Below the pieces are notes generated by a model. It searched no databases, was not told the origin of the DNA, and was given only the letters and a program-made list of their open reading frames with translations. Positions 11,307-21,764 of a DNA stretch of 64,000 nt are shown piece after piece (within the stretch, counting starts at the first letter, position 1; every line of letters begins with the position of its first letter). A program made the position numbers and the translations under genes. Origin of the DNA: Rudaea sp. (GTDB lineage: Bacteria; Pseudomonadota; Gammaproteobacteria; Xanthomonadales; Rhodanobacteraceae); assembly GCA_036496665.1 (NCBI GenBank), contig DASXKR010000039.1:15-64014 (forward strand), written 5' to 3'.

Positions 11307-12797
11307 ATGCACGTATTCCACGGCCCACTGGCTAGCCGATCGGTCAAGGCGATTGCCGTCTTGATCACCCTGCTCGGCGTGCTGCGCGGCGCCACGCTGC
11401 TGCTGCATGATCCATTGCTGGCCTACGCGAACAGTTACGACGAAGTGCGCTACAGCGCCTGCTTCGACCTGTATCCGGATCGTCCGCGTGAAGTTCCGCC
11501 GACCGACAACAGTCCCTGGGCGCCGTTTTCGCACTATGTCTTCATGCCGACGCATGACCAGTCCCCCATGTGCTACTGGTCCACCGAACTGCTGCCGCAA
11601 GCGACCGTCGCGCTGGCATGGCGAATTTCCGAGGCGTTCGGCGGCGCCGCGGCGCATTCGGTGCGGGCGCTCGGCGCACTGAAATTCCTGATGCTGATCA
11701 CCCTCAACATGGCCGTGACTGCAGCCTGGTGGCGCCGGCGCCGGCCGGCGCACGCGCTCGCCAATGCTGCGCTGATGCTGCTGGTGTTCTGCGATCCGGC
11801 CAACACGCTGTACGCGAATACCTTCTACGCCGAATGGAGTGCGCTGCTCGCACTCTACGCGACATTCGCACTGCTGCTGCTGTTCTCGGGACTGCGACCG
11901 ACGCGTCGGCGTGCGCTGCTGCTCGCATGCGCCGGCTTTGCGCTCGGCGCGAGCAAGATGCAGCATCTGTTGCTTCCTCTCGCACTCGCCACGGTGACGA
12001 TGGTGATCGACTGGTACCATGCGCGACGCCGTCCGTGGCAAGGCCTTGCACTCGCCGTCGGCGGCACGCTGGCGCTGCTGCTGCAGATCGCGCAGATACA
12101 GCGCACGTCGCCGCTGATCGAGAACATTCGTATCGCCAATGCCGCCGACATCGTGCTGATGGGCCTGCTGCCGGCGTCATCGAATCGCGCGCTCACGCTG
12201 CAGCGGCTGAACCTCGACCCGCGCTGCCTGCAATGGAGCGGGCATCGCTCGTGGGAACTGCCGGATTTCGACGCAGAAACCGCCTGCCCCGGCATCGGCC
12301 GCTTTTCACGCGCGCGCGAAGCCGCCGTGCTGCTGCGCGAGCCGGCGACCTCGGCGCGCCTGGGACTGAACGGTATCGGCGAACTCGACGCCTGGCTGGC
12401 GAAGGGACTTGGCGCGGTCGAAGGCGGCCAGAACGATACCTTGCCGCAGGAATATGCGAGCGTCGGGCGGACCATCGCGCGGCATCCGCTGCTGCGTCTG
12501 GTGCTGTTGCTCCTGCCGCTGGTCGCCTGCGCGGCGATGCTGACACGGCGCAATCGCGCGCTCGGACACGCCGACCTGCAGTTCGCCGCGCTCGCCGCGA
12601 CGACGATCGCGACGACCTACGGCGTGACGATACTCGGCGATGGCCTCGCCGATGTCGTCAAACAGTGTCACCTTGTATTCAATACCGCGCTGGCCTGGCT
12701 CATCGTCGTTTCCGTCTGCGCTGCGGGAGAACTGCTGCGCCGGCCGCTTGCCGGCGCGCACGCACGGCAAACCGGCGCCGCAGGCACGATCGGCTGA
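11307..12797 (+). CDS. Polytopic membrane protein, WsfD-like / GT-C-type glycan transferase candidate
   Basis: Many TM segments; [37 protein letters not shown] motifs. Confidence 0.6.
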   Translation: MHVFHGPLASRSVKAIAVLITLLGVLRGATLLLHDPLLAYANSYDEVRYSACFDLYPDRPREVPPTDNSPWAPFSHYVFMPTHDQSPMCYWSTELLPQATVALAWRISEAFGGAAAHSVRALGALKFLMLITLNMAVTAAWWRRRRPAHALANAALMLLVFCDPANTLYANTFYAEWSALLALYATFALLLLFSGLRPTRRRALLLACAGFALGASKMQHLLLPLALATVTMVIDWYHARRRPWQGLALAVGGTLALLLQIAQIQRTSPLIENIRIANAADIVLMGLLPASSNRALTLQRLNLDPRCLQWSGHRSWELPDFDAETACPGIGRFSRAREAAVLLREPATSARLGLNGIGELDAWLAKGLGAVEGGQNDTLPQEYASVGRTIARHPLLRLVLLLLPLVACAAMLTRRNRALGHADLQFAALAATTIATTYGVTILGDGLADVVKQCHLVFNTALAWLIVVSVCAAGELLRRPLAGAHARQTGAAGTIG

Positions 12798-13005
12798 CAC
12801 CGCGCGCACCGCAGCTCTCGTTCTCTTCAAGGACCGTTTCGCCTGCGTGATCGAGCGCCTGTGTCAGAAATGGTACGGCCGTGACACGCCGTCCAACGCC
12901 GTCGGAAAACACCGCGGAACTGTGCGATATTGACTGCCGAGGGGACGCTTCCGGCAGCATCGCTTTGACCGGCACTCAGGTCCTCATTCCACGGGAGGAT
13001 TCGCC

Positions 13006-13536
13006 ATGAAAAGAATTACTGCAATTGTATACTTTTCCCTGATGGCGGTGTCAGGCCTTGCCGTCGCCGCCGGCGCGCCGGTGCTCAAGGTCAGCAAGAG
13101 CGTCACGATCAATGCGTCCGCGGACGAGGTCTGGGCACAGGCCAGCAACTTCAGCGGACTGAACACGTGGCATCCGGCCGTCGAATCGGACAAGATCGTG
13201 CAGGGCACCGACAACGCGGTCGGTGCCGTGCGTCTGCTGACGCTCAAGGGCGGCGGCACGATTCAGGAAAAGCTGCTGGCCCATGACGACGCCAAGCGCA
13301 CGTTCAAGTACAGCATCCTCGAAGGCGTGCTGCCGGTCAGCAACTACACGTCGACGTTCCACGTCGCGGCTGCCGGCAAGCACAAGTCGAAGGTGACATG
13401 GTCGGGATCGTTCCAGCGCAAGGACACCGGCCGGAAGCCGGCCGCCAACGCCAACGACAAGACCGCCAGGGACACGATCGCCGGCGTCTACAAAGCCGGT
13501 CTGGACAATCTGAAGAAGATTGCCGAACGCAAGTAG
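13006..13536 (+). CDS. Secreted SRPBCC (MxaD-like) protein
   Basis: GGAGG RBS; signal peptide; SVTINASADEVW..WHPAV..GAVRLLTL..VYKAGLDNLKK. Confidence 0.85.
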   Translation: MKRITAIVYFSLMAVSGLAVAAGAPVLKVSKSVTINASADEVWAQASNFSGLNTWHPAVESDKIVQGTDNAVGAVRLLTLKGGGTIQEKLLAHDDAKRTFKYSILEGVLPVSNYTSTFHVAAAGKHKSKVTWSGSFQRKDTGRKPAANANDKTARDTIAGVYKAGLDNLKKIAERK

Positions 13537-13560
13537 GCCGCGACGTCACCGCACAACGTG

Positions 13561-13589
13561 AAGGCCCGCGAAAGCGGGCCTTTCTTTTT
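13561..13589 (+). terminator. Rho-independent terminator
   Basis: AAGGCCCGC-GAAA-GCGGGCCTT followed by TCTTTTT. Confidence 0.85.
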
Positions 13590-13697
13590 CGGCGAAGGCG
13601 CGCCGCCCAACCGGCAACGTGTCGCGACGAAGCTGACCGGCGCGGGCGCCGCCCGGCGTAAACTTGCCTTTCCTCCGACCCAGAGAGCAGAACGCCC

Positions 13698-14078
13698 ATG
13701 ACATTGGCAGAATGGAGCCTGTTCGGCGCGGTCATCCTCTACCTGCTGACGGTGGCGCCGGCAAAGGCGCTCGGCTACCGCGACTTCGACAACGCGAGGC
13801 CGCGCGATCCGGCGTTCTACGAACATCCGTTGCGCGCGCGTGCGCTTGGCGCTCACATCAACGGCATCGAAACGTTTCCGTTCTTCGCTGCGGCTGTGTT
13901 GCTGGCCGAGTTCCGGCATGCACCGCAGGGTGTCGTCGACACACTTGCACTGCTGTTTCTCGCCGTGCGCCTGCTGTTCGTGCTGGCCTACCTCGGCAAC
14001 CGCCCGACCCTGCGCACGATCCTGTGGAATATCGGATTCTTCCTGAACGCCTGGATTTTTTTCCTTCCCGCCCTGTGA
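13698..14078 (+). CDS. MAPEG family protein
   Basis: RARALGAHINGIETFPFFAAAV motif, TM helices. Confidence 0.88.
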   Translation: MTLAEWSLFGAVILYLLTVAPAKALGYRDFDNARPRDPAFYEHPLRARALGAHINGIETFPFFAAAVLLAEFRHAPQGVVDTLALLFLAVRLLFVLAYLGNRPTLRTILWNIGFFLNAWIFFLPAL

Positions 14079-14157
14079 GCAGTGGCTGGGTCGCTGCTGG
14101 GTTCCGCGGCAAAAAAAAGCGTTAAACTCGCGTCTGCCGGATACACGAGGCCATCGC

Positions 14158-15384
14158 TTGTCAGCGATCATCGACAACGTCCAATTGCTGGGGTTGCTTG
14201 TGCAGGCGGTCGGCGCTGCGCTGATCGGCCTGTTGTGCCTGATGCTGAATCAGGCTGTGTGCGTCCCGGCGCTTTCGGCCTGGTGGCGCGGCTGGGTGAG
14301 CCTTGCTTGCGCGCTGGTCGCTTTGATGTTCGAGCAGGCCATGCCGGCGAGCGCGGGGGCGACGTTGCCGCTGTATCTTTTCGGCGAGTACCTGTTCGGC
14401 TGGTGGATCATCGAGGGCTGCGCGCGCTTCGCCGGGCGCGAATGGCCGCACGTGCCGCCCGGCAGGTTGATTATTGCGCTGGCCATCGTCGCGCTCGCGC
14501 TGCCGCGCCTGACCGGCTACGAATTCCGGGCCTTTTTCGTGGTGCAGTCGCTGGTGCTGACCCTGGTGTTTGCCGCTGCGCTCGTTGCGCTGCTGCCGGC
14601 GGTGCGGCGCTTGCCCAAGAGCCCGGGTCTGCTCGCGATGCGTATTGCACTGGCGCTGCTGCTTGCGACGTTCCTGGCCTACGTTCCGGTGTTCGCGGCC
14701 AACCTGCTGTTCGACGCGCCGCTGCCGCTGCTGGCGCTGAAACTGAGTTCGGCGGCACACCTGATGTGCGAATTCCTGCTCGGGTTCGGCGGCGTCGTGC
14801 TGGTCCTGGAACAGAGTCGCGAAAAGCTCGCCGCACTCTACGACGACCTGGCCGAAAGCCATGCGAATTACCGCAAGGCGGCCGAACGCGACGCATTGAC
14901 GATGGCGTACAACCGTCACGCGTTCTTCCAGTTGCTCAATTTCATGACCGATGCCGATGAACCGGTGTCCGGCGCTATCGCGATGATCGACGCCGACGAC
15001 TTGAAGCTGCTCAACGACCGCCACGGTCACGTCGAGGGCGACGTCGCGCTGGTGCGAATCGTCGAGGCCGTGCAGCAGAAGGTCAGGCCGGAGGATCATC
15101 TGTTCCGCTGGGGCGGCGACGAATTCGTCCTGGTTGCACCGGGCCTCAGCGCTGCGGCGCTCACCGAGCGCCTCGATCTGGTCAACGCGAGCCTGGCCCT
15201 GACCGGAACGGTCGAGGTGCAGGTGTCGCACGGTGTGGTCGAGTTCCGCAATGCCACCGACCTGCTCGATGCGGTGGAACGCGCGGATGCCTGCATGTTC
15301 GAGCAGAAGCGCGAACGCGCGGCGCAGCGGCGGCGCAGGGGTCTGGAAGTCCTCAGGGGCGGCGGGCAGGACTCGAGCGGGTGA
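14158..15384 (+). CDS. Membrane-bound diguanylate cyclase (GGDEF)
   Basis: ~7 TM N-terminus; DALT..NR, DADDLKLLND..GH, RPED I-site, RWGGDEF; TTG start uncertain. Confidence 0.88.
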   Translation: MSAIIDNVQLLGLLVQAVGAALIGLLCLMLNQAVCVPALSAWWRGWVSLACALVALMFEQAMPASAGATLPLYLFGEYLFGWWIIEGCARFAGREWPHVPPGRLIIALAIVALALPRLTGYEFRAFFVVQSLVLTLVFAAALVALLPAVRRLPKSPGLLAMRIALALLLATFLAYVPVFAANLLFDAPLPLLALKLSSAAHLMCEFLLGFGGVVLVLEQSREKLAALYDDLAESHANYRKAAERDALTMAYNRHAFFQLLNFMTDADEPVSGAIAMIDADDLKLLNDRHGHVEGDVALVRIVEAVQQKVRPEDHLFRWGGDEFVLVAPGLSAAALTERLDLVNASLALTGTVEVQVSHGVVEFRNATDLLDAVERADACMFEQKRERAAQRRRRGLEVLRGGGQDSSG

Positions 15385-15531
15385 TGTTGCGCTGGCGCCT
15401 GCGGAAAAAATCCGTTCGCGCGCGACTGGCGGCCCAGCCGGAATGACGTTGATTGTCCGCCACGGGCTCGTGGCCGGCCGGTCTCGACCAAGTCCCGAAG
15501 GTGCCTCTTGCGCCTTCCCCAAGGAGAATCC

Positions 15532-16788
15532 GTGTTCGACGTTGCCGTGACGTGCCTCGTGCTGACCGCCCTGTTGGCGTTCGTCAATCAGCGCTTCGTC
15601 GGCCTGCCGACCGTCATCGGCGTGATGATGATCGCGCTGCTGCTGTCGTTCGCGCTGATCGGGCTGGACCGGCTTGGCGTTTCCAGCCTGCGCGACTACG
15701 CGGTGTCGCTGATCGCGTCGATCGATTTCTCGACGCTACTGATGCAGGGCATGCTGTCGCTGCTGCTGTTCGCCGGAGCGCTGCACATCGATGTCGGCGA
15801 GCTGAGGGCCTACTGGTGGCAGGTCGGCGTGCTGGCATTGATCGGCACCGTGATCTCGGCGCTGGTGATCGGCGGCGCGTTGTGGTGCTTCCTGCCGTTG
15901 CTCGGCCTCGACCTGCCCTGGCTGTACTGCCTGATGTTCGGCGCGCTGATCTCGCCGACTGATCCGATCGCCGTGATCGGCATCCTCAAGTCGGCCGGAG
16001 CGCCAAAGAGCCTCGAAGTGGTCATCTCGAGCGAGTCTCTGTTCAACGACGGCGTCGGCGTCGTGATGTTCCTGCTGGTGTTGGGAATGCTCACCGCCGG
16101 CGGCACGCCCACCTTCGGCGATGCGGCGCTGCTGCTGGCGCGCGAAGCCGGCGGCGGCATCGCGTTCGGCTGGCTGCTCGGCTACGCCACCTGCCGCATG
16201 CTCAAGAGCATCGACAGTTACCAGGAAGAAGTGCTGATAACGCTGGCGGCGGTCATGGGCGGCTACGCGCTGGCCCTGCGCATCGACGTCTCCGGGCCGC
16301 TGGCGATGGTTGTCGCCGGGCTCGTCATCGGTCACCAGGGTCGCACGCTGGCGATGTCGGACGTGACGCGCCAGCACGTCGACATGTTCTGGGACCTTAT
16401 CGACGCGATCCTCAACTCCGTGCTGTTCGTGTTGATCGGCATGGAGGTCATCGTCGTCGCATTCCCGACCAGTGTGCTGGTTGCCTCCGCCGGCGCGATC
16501 CTGATCACGTTGTCGGCGCGACTGCTCACGGTCGCCGCGCCGGTCGTGGCGTTCAAGCGTGCGTTCCGGCTGCCGAAGGGCGCATGGCAGGTGCTGACCT
16601 GGGGTGGCCTGCGCGGCGGCATCTCGGTCGCGCTGGTGCTGGCGCTGCCGGTCGGTCCGGAACGCAACATGCTGCTCGCGATGACTTATTCGATCGTCGT
16701 GTTTTCGATCCTGGTCCAGGGCCTGACGATTCGATCGGTCACGCGTGCGACTGCCGATTGCAGCGCCGATCCAGCTCCACGGCACTGA
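15532..16788 (+). CDS. Na+/H+ antiporter, CPA1 (NhaP-like)
   Basis: AAGGAG RBS + GTG; [24 protein letters not shown]. Confidence 0.92.
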   Translation: MFDVAVTCLVLTALLAFVNQRFVGLPTVIGVMMIALLLSFALIGLDRLGVSSLRDYAVSLIASIDFSTLLMQGMLSLLLFAGALHIDVGELRAYWWQVGVLALIGTVISALVIGGALWCFLPLLGLDLPWLYCLMFGALISPTDPIAVIGILKSAGAPKSLEVVISSESLFNDGVGVVMFLLVLGMLTAGGTPTFGDAALLLAREAGGGIAFGWLLGYATCRMLKSIDSYQEEVLITLAAVMGGYALALRIDVSGPLAMVVAGLVIGHQGRTLAMSDVTRQHVDMFWDLIDAILNSVLFVLIGMEVIVVAFPTSVLVASAGAILITLSARLLTVAAPVVAFKRAFRLPKGAWQVLTWGGLRGGISVALVLALPVGPERNMLLAMTYSIVVFSILVQGLTIRSVTRATADCSADPAPRH

Positions 16789-16823
16789 CATGCTGCTTGC
16801 GGTCGCGCGCGCGTTGACTGCGC

Positions 16824-18161
16824 TCAGTCTGCGCCCGCGGCACTGACCTGACGTTCGCGGTCGCGCACCAGGCGCTGCGCTAACGCGCGATAGACCGGTG
16901 TCCTGCACACCAGCGACGAAAACGTGCGGCCGAGCAGGCACGCGGCCATGATCGGCAAGACGAAGTCGTGGTTGTCGGTCAGTTCCATCGAGATCACCGC
17001 CGAGGTCAGCGGCGCCTGGGTCACGCCGGCCAGATAGGCCGACATGCCGAGCAGGATGACCGCGGTCGGATCGGTGTGGGGCAGCCATGCAGCCAGATTT
17101 GCGCCGACCCCGGCGCCGACCGCGAGCGCCGGCGAGAAAATGCCGCCGGGAATTCCGGCGGCGTACGAGACCACGTTCGCCAGCCACTTGTCGACCCCGA
17201 ACCACAGCGTAATCGTGTCATGGCCGGCGATGATCGCGCGCGCCTGCTCGTAGCCGGTGCCATACACCGCGTTGCCGCTGGCAAGCCCGATCAGCGCCAG
17301 CGCGAGCCCGCACGCCGCCGCGAACGCCGGCGGCGAAACGCGCTGGAGTTTTCCGAGCAGGCCGGTCAGGCCGGTCACGGTCGCCAGGATCGTGCGCGCA
17401 AACAGTCCGCCGGCCAGGCCGCCGACTACGCCGGTCGCAAGCACCGCGATCCAGCTTTCGCCGAGCGGCAGCGCAGTCGACAGTTTGCCGAAATAGGCGT
17501 AATCGCCGACCAGGCCGAGCGACACCACGCCGCCGATCATGACAGCCGTCAGCAGCGCGCCGCTGAAGCGGTGTTCGTAGGCTCCGGCCAGTTCCTCGAT
17601 CGCGAACATGACGCCGGCCAGCGGCGTATTGAACGCGGCAGCGATGCCGGCGGCGCCTCCGGCCAGCGCGAAGCGCGACATCGCCTGCGTATCGCGAAAG
17701 CCGAAGCGCTGCGCGAGCCAGACCATGAGCCCGGCGCCGACATGGACCGTCGGCCCTTCGCGACCGACCGATGCGCCGACCAGCATCGCGAACAGCGTCA
17801 ACACCAGCTTGCCCGCCGCAACCGGCAGCGCCAGCAGACGTTCGCGAAACGGCGCATCGTCCTCGCGGCTCAGCGCCGCAATGACCTGCGGAATGCCGCT
17901 GCCGCGCGTGCTGCGCAGGGCGCCGCTGGTCAACCACGCGAGCAGGGCGAATCCGAGCGGCGTTACCAGCAGCGGCCACCAGCGCGACTGCGCGAGCAAC
18001 TGCCGGAACAGGCCGTAGCAAAGATCGCTGCCCTTGGCGAAAACGATCGCGGCGAGCGCGACCAGGATCGCACCGCTCCACAGCGCCGCGCGGCGCTTCC
18101 AGCGCTGCGGCGAAAGCAGGCCATGATGATCGTCGATCGGCAAGGCGGCGGGTTCGTTCAT
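16824..18161 (-). CDS. ClC chloride channel / H+-Cl- antiporter
   Basis: GSGIPQV, GREGPTVH, FNTPLAG, GGIFSP. Confidence 0.92.
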   Translation of the reverse strand: MNEPAALPIDDHHGLLSPQRWKRRAALWSGAILVALAAIVFAKGSDLCYGLFRQLLAQSRWWPLLVTPLGFALLAWLTSGALRSTRGSGIPQVIAALSREDDAPFRERLLALPVAAGKLVLTLFAMLVGASVGREGPTVHVGAGLMVWLAQRFGFRDTQAMSRFALAGGAAGIAAAFNTPLAGVMFAIEELAGAYEHRFSGALLTAVMIGGVVSLGLVGDYAYFGKLSTALPLGESWIAVLATGVVGGLAGGLFARTILATVTGLTGLLGKLQRVSPPAFAAACGLALALIGLASGNAVYGTGYEQARAIIAGHDTITLWFGVDKWLANVVSYAAGIPGGIFSPALAVGAGVGANLAAWLPHTDPTAVILLGMSAYLAGVTQAPLTSAVISMELTDNHDFVLPIMAACLLGRTFSSLVCRTPVYRALAQRLVRDRERQVSAAGAD

Positions 18162-18260
18162 GGATGCATTGTCGCCGCTGGCGCCACAACCGCAAAGTCC
18201 GGATCTCGCCGGTCGTCCGAATGCGCCGCAATTCCGAAGTGTCGGCAGCCGATCCCGGAC

Positions 18261-18720
18261 TCACGCGGATGATCCGGATCGACCGGGCGCCCCGGCGAGC
18301 AGCGCGAGCAGCCGGTCGATCTCGCCCTGGTCGCGCATGCATAGTCCGCCTGAGGTCCGCAGCGCGATACAGGCGGAACACGTCTGCCGGTTCGGTGTGC
18401 TGGCGGCGCAGGATGATCGGCCGCCAGTTGCCGTCGGCGAAGCGCGCGGTGACGCGCTCTACCAGTTGTTCCACATCGCTGTTGAGCTGGCGATAGCGCT
18501 CGATCAGGGTGCGGCTCGGCGAGGCGATCTTCAAGAACGTGAAGCGGCCCGTCCGCAATCAGCGCGCGCCGCGTGCCGTTGACGGCGAGTTCGGCACGCA
18601 ACGCAAAATCCTTCTCGAACCAGCCACGCGTCGTCTGGGTGACGGCGAACCACGCCACGGCAACCAGCACGCAGAGCGAGCGCCGAGCCAGATGATCACG
18701 AAATGCAGCCTCGTCTTCAT
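18261..18720 (-). pseudogene. Collapsed remnant of trehalose-6-P synthase (OtsA-like) fused to a probable OtsB C-terminus
   Basis: Frameshifted N-terminal membrane piece (MKTRLHF/..GWFEKDFALRAEL), then FTFLKIASPSRT..RPIILRRQHTEP..LYRAADL (GT20), then RDQGEIDRLLALL. Confidence 0.65.
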
Positions 18721-18771
18721 CGCTTTTCCCAGGCGGTTCCTCGCATCGGACTAATCTGTTAGGTTAACAGG

Positions 18772-20535
18772 ATGCAGTTGGAAGAACTCGGGCTGATAGG
18801 AAATTGTCAGTTTTCGGCACTGATCGCAAACAGCGGCGCGGTGGTGTGGTGCTGCCTGCCGCGCTTCGACTCCGAACCGGTGTTCGGCAGCCTGCTCGAT
18901 CCCGACGGCGGTGAATTCGTCGTCGCGCCTGCCGACGGCAGCTGCGGAAAACAGCACTACGTCGAAAACTCCAATGTCCTGGTCACGGAGTTTTCCGGGC
19001 CGGGTTGGCGATTCCGCGTCGTCGATTTCGCGCCGCGCTTCAGCCAGCACGACCGCGTGTTCCGACCGACGCAACTGCTGCGCATCGTCGAGCCGATGGA
19101 GGGTACGCCGGTCATCCGCGTTCGCTTTGCACCGCGTCTGGGCTGGTCGAAGAATACGCCGCAGTTTCTCCAGGGCTCGAATCACATCCGCGCCGAAGGA
19201 TTCGCCGCACCGTTGCGGCTGACTTCGGACGTCTCGCCGACGCACCTGGATGGACAACCCTTCACACTGACCGAACGCCATCACCTTGTTCTTTCCTGGG
19301 GGCCTCCGGTCGAAGAAGCGCTGGCGCCGCTGTGCGACAGTCATATGCGCCAGACCGTGCTTTACTGGCAACGCTGGGTCAAGCACTGCAACATTCCGCC
19401 CGCATACCAGCAGGCAGTCATCCGCTCCGCGCTCGCGCTCAAGCTGCATTGCTTCGATGACACCGGTGCGATCGTCGCGGCGATGACCACCTCCATACCC
19501 GAGGCGCCGGGCAGCGGGCGCACCTGGGACTACCGCTACTGCTGGCTGCGCGACGCTTACTACGTACTCGATGCGTTGCGCCTGCTCGGGCATTTCGAGG
19601 AACGCGAACAGTTCATTCAGTACCTGATCGACATCGCGGCGAGTGCGCCGGAACTCGACCTGAAGCCGCTGTATCGCATCGACGGCAGCGGCGAATTGAC
19701 CGAGCAGGTCCTGGATAACTGGGCCGGCTTCAACGGCGACGGGCCGGTGCGCATCGGCAACGCTGCCGCATTGCATCAGCAACACGACGTGTTCGGCGAA
19801 ATGGTGATGGCGCTGGCGCCGATCTACATGGACGATCGCTTTGCGCTGGAACGTTCGCCGTCGACGCTCGACCTGCTCGAGCGTCTCGCGCACAAGGCGA
19901 TCAACGTGGCCGGCACGCCGGATGCGGGCATCTGGGAGTTTCGCAAGACCTGGGAACCACAGACGTTTTCCAGCCTCATGTGCTGGGCTGGCGCCGACCG
20001 CATGGCCAGCATCACGCAACGCCACCACCCGGCACGCGCCGACGAGTTTCGTGCCGCCGCCACAAAGATTCACGAGCAGATCATGCAGCGCGCATGGTGT
20101 GGGGTGCGCAACGGATTCGCGTCGACCTACGGCGGCCAGGACATGGACGCCGCGCTGTTGCAGATGGCGACGCTGCGCTTCCTGCCGCATGACGATCCGC
20201 GCCTAACTAGCACGGTCGACGCAATCGAGAGCGCCCTGTCCGACCATGGCTGGCTGTTCCGCTATCGCAATGACGACGGCCTTGGCGCAACCGAGGTCGC
20301 GTTCGTCATCTGCACGTTCTGGCTGGTCGAGGCACTGGCCACAACCGGACGCACGCAGGCGGCGCGCACGATGATGGATCGCGCGCAGCAGGCGCTGACG
20401 TCGCTCGGTTTGATCGCCGAAGACTACGGAACATCTACGCGTCGCATGAGCGGCAATTTTCCGCAGGCCTACTCGCACGTCGGGCTGATCCATGCAGCGT
20501 TTGCCGCATCACCACGCTGGCGCGACGTGCTGTAG
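18772..20535 (+). CDS. Glycoside hydrolase family 15 (trehalase/glucoamylase-like)
   Basis: WDYRYCWLRDA, PDAGIWEFR, GNFPQAYSHVGLI. Confidence 0.92.
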   Translation: MQLEELGLIGNCQFSALIANSGAVVWCCLPRFDSEPVFGSLLDPDGGEFVVAPADGSCGKQHYVENSNVLVTEFSGPGWRFRVVDFAPRFSQHDRVFRPTQLLRIVEPMEGTPVIRVRFAPRLGWSKNTPQFLQGSNHIRAEGFAAPLRLTSDVSPTHLDGQPFTLTERHHLVLSWGPPVEEALAPLCDSHMRQTVLYWQRWVKHCNIPPAYQQAVIRSALALKLHCFDDTGAIVAAMTTSIPEAPGSGRTWDYRYCWLRDAYYVLDALRLLGHFEEREQFIQYLIDIAASAPELDLKPLYRIDGSGELTEQVLDNWAGFNGDGPVRIGNAAALHQQHDVFGEMVMALAPIYMDDRFALERSPSTLDLLERLAHKAINVAGTPDAGIWEFRKTWEPQTFSSLMCWAGADRMASITQRHHPARADEFRAAATKIHEQIMQRAWCGVRNGFASTYGGQDMDAALLQMATLRFLPHDDPRLTSTVDAIESALSDHGWLFRYRNDDGLGATEVAFVICTFWLVEALATTGRTQAARTMMDRAQQALTSLGLIAEDYGTSTRRMSGNFPQAYSHVGLIHAAFAASPRWRDVL

Positions 20536-20626
20536 TTCGCGGCCGCGGCGGCACCGGGCCCATACTGCTCACCACCGCGGTACAATGAGAGAACCCCGAC
20601 AGACCATTCCTGTTGCTGGAGCGTAG

Positions 20627-21010
20627 ATGACGGGAACAGCGATCCCGGACGACTTGAGGCGGTTCCTTCTGACAGGTGCGCTGACCGTGCCTCACGTCGA
20701 GGCAATTCTGCAGCTTCGCGGCGGCGCGGCCGAACTGTGGGAAGCGCAGCACCTGGCCGCGCGGCTCTACGTCGGCGTCAATGTTGCCGCACGTCTGCTG
20801 AGCGACTTGTGCGCCATGGGAGTGGCGAAAGTCGTCGAACCGAAAAGCTACCTTTACAGTCCGGCAACGCCCGAGCTTGCTGCGCTGCTCGACGATCTGG
20901 AAAAGGCCTATGCCAGGAACCTGGTCGCCGTGACGCACCTGATACACACCGCCGAGGAACGCAAGGCCCACAACTTTGCGGCTGCGTTCCGCTTCCGCAA
21001 GGAGCCCTGA
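20627..21010 (+). CDS. Hypothetical winged-helix-like protein
   Basis: GGAG RBS; IPDDLRRFL..VPHVEAIL..LAARLYV..FAAAFRFRKE. Confidence 0.75.
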   Translation: MTGTAIPDDLRRFLLTGALTVPHVEAILQLRGGAAELWEAQHLAARLYVGVNVAARLLSDLCAMGVAKVVEPKSYLYSPATPELAALLDDLEKAYARNLVAVTHLIHTAEERKAHNFAAAFRFRKEP

Positions 21011-21271
21011 ATGGTCGTCAGCCTGACTTATGCACTGTGCGCGCTTACCGCACTGCTGTGCGCCGTATTGCTGCTGCGCGGCTTTTTCAAGACTCGTTCC
21101 AAGGTGCTGCTGTGGAGCGGAATGTGTTTTGCCGGGCTCATGTTGAGCAATGTCGTGCTGGTATTGGACAAACTGGTTTACACCGACATCGAGCTGCTGC
21201 CATTGCGCCTCTGGATCACGCTCGCGGCGCTGCTGATGCTGCTGTTCGGACTGATCTACGCCAATGAGTGA
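21011..21271 (+). CDS. DUF5985-like small membrane protein
   Basis: YALCALTALLCAVLLLRG..LLWSGMCF; 3 TM. Confidence 0.75.
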   Translation: MVVSLTYALCALTALLCAVLLLRGFFKTRSKVLLWSGMCFAGLMLSNVVLVLDKLVYTDIELLPLRLWITLAALLMLLFGLIYANE

Positions 21272-21277
21272 GCGCTG

Positions 21278-21541
21278 ATGATCAACTTCCTGCTCGGTGC
21301 GATTGCGATGGCGGCAGCGACAGCCGGCCTCATTTTCCTGCGCTACTACCAGCGCACGCACGACCGGTTCTTCCTGCTGTTCGCCGCATCGTTCGGACTC
21401 GAGGCGCTCGGCCGCGTTCTGTCAGTGTGTTTCGAGGCGTTCGACGACAGCAGCGGCGCCGTCTTCATCCTTCGGCTCGTGTCGTACCTGCTGATTCTGG
21501 TGGCGATTTTCCTGAAAAACCTCCCCGCGCGCCGACGCTAG
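21278..21541 (+). CDS. DUF5985-like small membrane protein
   Basis: FLLGAIAM..FLRYYQRTHDRFFLLFAASF..AIFLKN. Confidence 0.75.
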   Translation: MINFLLGAIAMAAATAGLIFLRYYQRTHDRFFLLFAASFGLEALGRVLSVCFEAFDDSSGAVFILRLVSYLLILVAIFLKNLPARRR

Positions 21542-21764
21542 CAAGGACACCAAATGGAACGCGCAGCGGCGGCGTGGTTCGGTGGAATCACCGCGACAGT
21601 GCAACGTTTCGCCTGGCGCCGGCGAATGCACGTTCTGCGCGCGCGCTGATGTGTTCAGTCGACATTCGCCATCGGTCGGGCAGGATTCAGCGCGGAAATC
21701 GCTGGCGCAGCACGCGTCGGTTCCGCCTGCGACATGAATGGCGGAATGAGGCCCAGACGCGCGC

